Below are positions 27,603-32,000 of a stretch of DNA of 32,000 nt, in pieces. This DNA comes from Candidatus Thorarchaeota archaeon. GTDB taxonomy: Archaea > Asgardarchaeota > Thorarchaeia > Thorarchaeales > Thorarchaeaceae. The position numbers were made by a program, and so were the translations under genes. The stretch spans positions 210,001 to 242,000 of the forward strand of contig SHMX01000003.1 of NCBI GenBank assembly GCA_008080745.1, read 5' to 3'. Positions within the stretch are counted from its first letter, which is position 1; each line of letters opens with the position of its first letter. The notes beneath the pieces were generated by a model. It did no database searches, had not been told where the DNA came from, and worked only from the letters and a program-made list of their open reading frames with translations.

Positions 27603-27765
27603 AACTATATTTCACCAACCCGACACTAAGGGAAATAGAGAACTCTGCTATAGATGTTATTCAAACAATCATCAGGGCAGTGGTGTGGAACATTCTAGCA
27701 ATAATAAGTTAGTACTGTTTCATTAGATATCAACTCTCTTTATCATTCACACGGAGAATTCCATA

Positions 27766-28344
27766 TTGGTAGAGACCGCTTTCATTTACAAGATATGTGT
27801 AATTGGAGATGCATCAGTTGGTAAGAGCAGCACCATTCTCCGATGGTCTCAAGACACATTTAATGAGCAGTATCAAGTAACCGTTGGAGTTCAACACTAC
27901 ACTCGAAATATTACTGTTTCATCAAAAGGAGAAGAATTTGTAATCAAGCTTATAATATGGGATATGGCAGGTCAAGAGATGTTCAAACATGTACGTCCAA
28001 TCTTTTATCGTGCATCAAGGGGAGTCATATTGATGTTTGATATTACCAAACCTGAAACTTTTGAGAATTTACCCACCTGGGTTAATGAGGCAGTTGATAA
28101 TATTGGAACAAAAGTGCCCTTCCTTCTTGTCGGAAATAAGAGTGATCTGACACCTCACAGGGTAGATAAATCCCATGCATTACAATATGCAGAAGAAATC
28201 GAAGGTAGCTTTATTCTCTCAAGTGCTAAGACAGGTGATAATGTGGGAGATATTTTTGGACAGATTACAACAATGATACTTGAATACAACTCTACAGAAA
28301 AAACCCAAAATCCAAGTCATACCAAATCTACATGGATGAGATAA
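27766..28344 (+). CDS. Rab-like small GTPase (Ras superfamily), paralog 1
   Basis: G1 GDASVGKS, G2 VTVGVQH, G3 WDMAGQE, G4 NKSD, G5 SAKTG; TTG start. Confidence 0.92.
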   Translation: MVETAFIYKICVIGDASVGKSSTILRWSQDTFNEQYQVTVGVQHYTRNITVSSKGEEFVIKLIIWDMAGQEMFKHVRPIFYRASRGVILMFDITKPETFENLPTWVNEAVDNIGTKVPFLLVGNKSDLTPHRVDKSHALQYAEEIEGSFILSSAKTGDNVGDIFGQITTMILEYNSTEKTQNPSHTKSTWMR

Positions 28345-28465
28345 TATCACAATTCAGCCCATAATCTGTTATTGAACAGTATTTGACGCTCTAATATTTA
28401 ATTTTAAAATTTAAGCAATCATTTTATCTATAAGATATGTTATAGTATGACTCGTTGGGAATTAG

Positions 28466-29026
28466 TTGAGCATTGCATATGTTTACAAAGTATGTGTCAT
28501 CGGAAATGCATCGGTAGGAAAAACTAGTACTATTATTAGATGGGCAAAAGGTTGGTTTAGGCAAGATTATCTCTTGACTGTAGGAGTACAACACTATGCA
28601 AAAATATTCGATATAGACCATCAAGGAGAGTCTGTAAGTATAAAGCTCATTTTATGGGATTTTGCGGGTCAAGATATGTTCAAAGAGGTACGTGCCAAGT
28701 TCTATGATGGAGCTAAAGGATTAGTATTGATGTGTGATATCACCAGAAAAGAAACATTTCATGCATTGCCAAAATGGCTTCAAGAGGCTTCTGAAAACAT
28801 TGGTCAGGAGGTACCATTAGTTCTGGTTTCAAATAAGGCAGACCTTCCAGATAAGGAAGTGAGTGTGACCGAGATCAAACGATATGCAAAATCATTGGAT
28901 GCTCCTTGTGTGATTAGTAGTGCAAAGACGGGGTCAAATGTACAGGACGTTTTCAGACTGATTGGAAAAAGAGTTCATGAACGGAGAATGAATCATACCA
29001 CTAGTAGACATGATACCTTCAGATGA
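28466..29026 (+). CDS. Rab-like small GTPase (Ras superfamily), paralog 2
   Basis: G1 GNASVGKT, G2 LTVGVQH, G3 WDFAGQD, G4 NKAD, G5 SAKTG; TTG start. Confidence 0.92.
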   Translation: MSIAYVYKVCVIGNASVGKTSTIIRWAKGWFRQDYLLTVGVQHYAKIFDIDHQGESVSIKLILWDFAGQDMFKEVRAKFYDGAKGLVLMCDITRKETFHALPKWLQEASENIGQEVPLVLVSNKADLPDKEVSVTEIKRYAKSLDAPCVISSAKTGSNVQDVFRLIGKRVHERRMNHTTSRHDTFR

Positions 29027-29219
29027 AAAAGGTTGATTTCTATGTTTACCCAGATCAAAATCAAAGATAGCATCCATTTCATCTGGTCATTTTCGATAAA
29101 GAGTTCTAAAGAGCGATTTTTGAATTGAATATCTATTATCTATCAAAAAAAGTGTTTAATCAGTAAACAAACTCCAAAAATCGTTAGCCATGATTTTAAT
29201 TCGCTTAAGAAAGAGGAAT

Positions 29220-29245
29220 AGACAGTAATTGAATAAATACTGTCT
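29220..29245 (-). terminator. Stem-loop downstream of the small metal-binding ORF
   Basis: AGACAGTA-N10-TACTGTCT (perfect 8-bp arms), followed on the minus strand by ATTCCTCTTTCTT. Confidence 0.55.
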
Positions 29246-29271
29246 GGAAAGACATGGACTGAATAGCGGTT

Positions 29272-29436
29272 CTAGACTTTTTCAATCATAGCTTTTCTTT
29301 TGTCAATCTCCTCTTGAGGCATTGTTTCGAAACCATGTGCTTTCGCACCATGTTTCTTGATTTCTTCTACTACATCACTCTTAGTTTCACCTTTGAGGAC
29401 AGCATCACACATCTGACATTCAAACTTGTACGACAT
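29272..29436 (-). CDS. 54-aa DUF1059-like small metal-binding protein (not in the ORF track)
   Basis: Translated manually: MSYKFECQMCDAVLKGETKSDVVEEIKKHGAKAHGFETMPQEEIDKRKAMIEKV. CxxC...HxxxxH pattern. Confidence 0.8.
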   Translation of the reverse strand: MSYKFECQMCDAVLKGETKSDVVEEIKKHGAKAHGFETMPQEEIDKRKAMIEKV

Positions 29437-29571
29437 TATACTTCACTATAGTTATCATAGAGGTTACTAATAAATGGTCATATACCACAAAATATCCAGT
29501 AAGAAAGAATCAACAAGATTATTCTTGAGAGTTAGAAATCAAAAGAGTAATATTTTGTGAACTCATCAAAA

Positions 29572-30387
29572 TTAGAACATCTCAAGCACTTCATCTAAAG
29601 ATTTTACGTGTATATGAGGTGTCTTATCAAGATCCCCTGCATCAAACGGAACAATATCCTCTTCCCGTCTATCAACTAGAATGGTTGTCATTCCTGCAGC
29701 TCTACCACCAGCAATATCAGATGCAGGATTATCGCCGACCATTACACTCTCTTCAATAGTAAAACCAAGCAGTTCAATAGTTGCTTGAAAAATCTCTGGG
29801 AGCGGTTTACCAACGATAACAGCTTCCACACCGGTTGCATCTTCGATAGCAGCAACAATAGATCTTTCACCAATGTAGACATCTTCAGTTCCAAGATAGA
29901 TGCCAGGATAATCTCGACTCCCGCTAATACAAATAAGAACCGCTCCCTCCTTGACCATCTTGGTGGCGAAATTCAACTCAGCAAAAGTCATACCCCTGTC
30001 TGCACCAACCGCAACAAAATCTATTGGAGGGTTATTTGTGACATCAAGACCTCGCGCTATGAAATCTTCTTGAGCTCCTCCTTCACCAATAACAAAGCAC
30101 CGAGCTTCTGGTTGTCTATTAGATATGTAGGCAGCAGCTGCGGCACCTGCACTGAAAGTCTTGTCGAGGTCCACTTTATAACCTGCCTTCGTAACCGCAC
30201 TGTGAATTTGCCTTGAGGAAAGTCGACCCACATTTGTAAGAATAGCTGGTGTTTTTCCTAAATCTAAAAGATGATTCCATAGATTTAAAGCATCAGAAAA
30301 TGGATTTGGATGATCAACATCCCGAATCATGGTGTTATCCACATCAAATAGCCAGAGAGATTTTTTATCCAATGAATATTCTGACAT
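29572..30387 (-). CDS. HAD-superfamily subfamily IIA hydrolase (NagD-like phosphatase)
   Basis: LFDVDNT, ILTN, IVGKP, MVGDNPASDIAGG. Confidence 0.9.
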   Translation of the reverse strand: MSEYSLDKKSLWLFDVDNTMIRDVDHPNPFSDALNLWNHLLDLGKTPAILTNVGRLSSRQIHSAVTKAGYKVDLDKTFSAGAAAAAYISNRQPEARCFVIGEGGAQEDFIARGLDVTNNPPIDFVAVGADRGMTFAELNFATKMVKEGAVLICISGSRDYPGIYLGTEDVYIGERSIVAAIEDATGVEAVIVGKPLPEIFQATIELLGFTIEESVMVGDNPASDIAGGRAAGMTTILVDRREEDIVPFDAGDLDKTPHIHVKSLDEVLEMF

Positions 30388-30422
30388 ACTATTGTGGACA
30401 ATACTAAGCTTAATGAAATTGT

Positions 30423-30776
30423 CTAGTCACCGTTATTTTCAAGCAGGGGAATAACGCAGATGAATCTGAAGTTTCCGTTCCCTTCAGTATTGTCATATCC
30501 GTGGGGAGCTTCAGAGGGGACAAATATCACATCATCTTTCTTAGCGGGTCCTTCAAAATCACCAAGTAATTTTGCTGTGCCTTCTAAAACAAATATTTCG
30601 TGTTCTTCAGGATGCGTATGGATAGGAATGATACCACCCGGACCAATATTGAACATTCGCATCGCATAATTCTTGGCCCCTGTTCGACGTCCAACTAACC
30701 ATCTAACCGTAACATTTCGAGAACCAGGAAAATTAACTTCTTGTTCTTCGCGTTCTTGATAGTTTATGCAATACAT
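30423..30776 (-). CDS. Cupin-domain protein
   Basis: IPIHTHPEEHEIFVLEG...DDVIFVPSEAPHGY, the two cupin metal-binding motifs. Confidence 0.9.
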   Translation of the reverse strand: MYCINYQEREEQEVNFPGSRNVTVRWLVGRRTGAKNYAMRMFNIGPGGIIPIHTHPEEHEIFVLEGTAKLLGDFEGPAKKDDVIFVPSEAPHGYDNTEGNGNFRFICVIPLLENNGD

Positions 30777-30959
30777 GATTCTAGAACCTCTCTCTGTAAA
30801 CTTATCTCCCGTTCAATTTCGAGTTCTCCGAATATAATAGCTTTAGGATGTGACCGTATTTCGAAAGCCCAACATAGAAAGGTTAATTTTGTAAGACCAG
30901 CAATTGTCCATGTTATATCCACAAGGCAATCTAGCCTGCGTGAAAAAAAGGGGATAATA

Positions 30960-31481
30960 ATGACAGAAGAAGATACCTATCTGCGGGCAAAGCTCACGGA
31001 AATCAAAGGTTCTATCGATAGACTAACAGATTTATTGAATCGAATGATAGAGGTGATTGCAAAAATAACTGAAGTTGAAACAGCTACCTCGGATTTGGCT
31101 TTAGCAGTTGCTGCAAATAGTGAGAAGATTGATGAAGTTTTGAAGAAGATTTCAAGTATATCGATTGCTGCTCCAGCTGGAACTACAGCAGGTGGAACCC
31201 TATCAGACAAACAAGCGGTCTCATCATTACAAGCAGTTCTTGAGAATTTGGAATCACAAATTCGAGAAGGAGTTATTGCCAGCGATCTTGCTGTCAAGAT
31301 TGGTGAAGCAGCCGATGCTATGGAGCAGCGAGGTGGTACAGGTCCACTAATTTTGAAAATGAACAGATGGGGCAGAATCCTCAAGACATATGGTCGAGTT
31401 GATACAATTAGTCCCACTGACCTGAAAAAACTCAGAGACGACCTCAAAGAATGGCAAAAAGAAGTTGCTCAACTTCGATAG
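30960..31481 (+). CDS. Coiled-coil protein with a C-terminal four-helix domain resembling ESCRT-I Vps28-CTD
   Basis: Start moved to ATG 30960 (GGGG upstream), 173 aa. Heptads over residues 8-64, Ala/Gly/Thr linker, four predicted helices with KMNRW...DTIS..DL..L.DDL. The ORF is solid; the Vps28 call rests on a recalled alignment. Confidence 0.6.
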   Translation: MTEEDTYLRAKLTEIKGSIDRLTDLLNRMIEVIAKITEVETATSDLALAVAANSEKIDEVLKKISSISIAAPAGTTAGGTLSDKQAVSSLQAVLENLESQIREGVIASDLAVKIGEAADAMEQRGGTGPLILKMNRWGRILKTYGRVDTISPTDLKKLRDDLKEWQKEVAQLR

Positions 31482-31497
31482 ATCTATCATGGATATG

Positions 31498-31525
31498 ATC
31501 TCTTGTGATTATTCTCACAAGAGAT
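31498..31525. promoter_or_regulatory. Perfect 11-bp inverted repeat (terminator hairpin or operator)
   Basis: ATCTCTTGTGA-TTATTC-TCACAAGAGAT, 16 nt after a stop codon and about 12 nt before a TATA-like TTTAAGTA. Confidence 0.6.
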
Positions 31526-31577
31526 TATTTCCACACCTTTAAGTAGCTTTGAGAGATACGAAACATGGCATAGGGAG

Positions 31578-31931
31578 TTGCCTATTGTGACGGCTGAAAC
31601 TAGAGATGAATTTTCTCAAGTTCTTTCTAAGATTGAAAAAATACCTTCCCCACATAAGGAAAATGTCTTGGATATTTGGGAACGTTGGCTAGAGAGTAAA
31701 CCACAACAACCATACTTTGAAGATTGGTTTATCTTTGCACAACAATATGATAATCAACAGGAACTTTTTACAGAAACGCGAGTATACATTAGAATGGTTC
31801 GTAATGCTTTGAAAGATCTAGAAACACCCAAGACGATATATCGAAAGGTGAGAAAAGCGATTGTTTCTATAGCAAGTTTCTTCTTCGTCATTTTTCTTGC
31901 AATCTCACGATTTGCTCGAGCAGGGGATTAA
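31578..31931 (+). CDS. Small helical protein with a single C-terminal TM helix (tail-anchored topology)
   Basis: Soluble helical N-terminus, then AIVSIASFFFVIFLAIS. Start uncertain (TTG 31578 or GTG 31587). Confidence 0.65.
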   Translation: MPIVTAETRDEFSQVLSKIEKIPSPHKENVLDIWERWLESKPQQPYFEDWFIFAQQYDNQQELFTETRVYIRMVRNALKDLETPKTIYRKVRKAIVSIASFFFVIFLAISRFARAGD

Positions 31932-32000
31932 AATTACTCGTATTGAACGAGGAGTCATTTTATATTATCCATAACCCTGAATCATCTTGTGCTTGAAAAT

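Noticed and set aside
5815-28379. Identical 10-mer TATTGAACAG at 5815 and 28370
   Set aside because: Many 10-mer matches are expected by chance in 32 kb, and the second copy lacks the 8-bp palindromic partner.
29027-29271. 245-nt AT-rich gap as a possible ncRNA or hidden gene
   Set aside because: Only very short ORFs without a Shine-Dalgarno; no tRNA cloverleaf or C/D box pair recognised; only one hairpin.
30741-30959. 73-codon N-terminal extension of the coiled-coil ORF in the track
   Set aside because: It overlaps the divergent cupin start and covers the AT-rich promoter region; ATG 30960 has a purine-rich site upstream.
478-31447. Numerous 60-160 aa ORFs antisense or out of frame to long genes (e.g. 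478-693, 6930-7202, 20043-20492, 22976-23170, 26175-26459, 30977-31447)
   Set aside because: They are shadows of well-supported genes, and their biased composition (poly-Val, Ser/Phe-rich) mirrors the codons of the real gene.
31578-31931. SNARE-like tail-anchored protein
   Set aside because: No 60-residue heptad motif next to the TM helix; the domain is Trp/Pro-containing and globular.
1-32000. Mobile element, prophage or defence island
   Set aside because: No integrase, transposase, terminal repeats, capsid, methyltransferase or toxin-antitoxin genes recognised; the HerA-like ATPase has no adjacent Sir2 or nuclease partner.

Overview
This is a gene-dense, moderately AT-rich archaeal chromosomal segment with about 38 supportable CDSs. 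I found no rRNA, tRNA, CRISPR array, integrase or transposase. An F420-dependent Mer, NreA, an archaeal COG1202-type SF2 helicase and two tandem Rab-like GTPases together point to an Asgard archaeon; Thorarchaeota is plausible but is inference only. DNA repair or processing genes: NreA with an intact PIP box, an EndoQ-like PHP nuclease coupled to a small OB-fold gene, a beta-CASP nuclease, an SF2 helicase behind two orphan genes, and a HerA-like ATPase with a charged single-alpha-helix segment. Surface and membrane genes: a TadC/FlaJ-like double T2SSF protein, a possible class III pilin, and two C-terminally anchored glycoproteins. Transport and metabolism: DASS and MFS transporters, MDR dehydrogenase, Mer, HAD-IIA hydrolase, cupin and a B3/4 editing protein. 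The strongest new observation is a 173-aa protein with a long heptad coiled coil fused to a C-terminal domain that aligns by eye, without gaps, to ESCRT-I Vps28-CTD, about 2 kb from the Rab pair. Also notable are stem-loop terminator-like elements at six gene ends, a probable ATT start codon, a coupled uORF before the helicase, and a small metal-binding ORF missing from the supplied track. All family calls come from motif recognition and recall; no database search was run.
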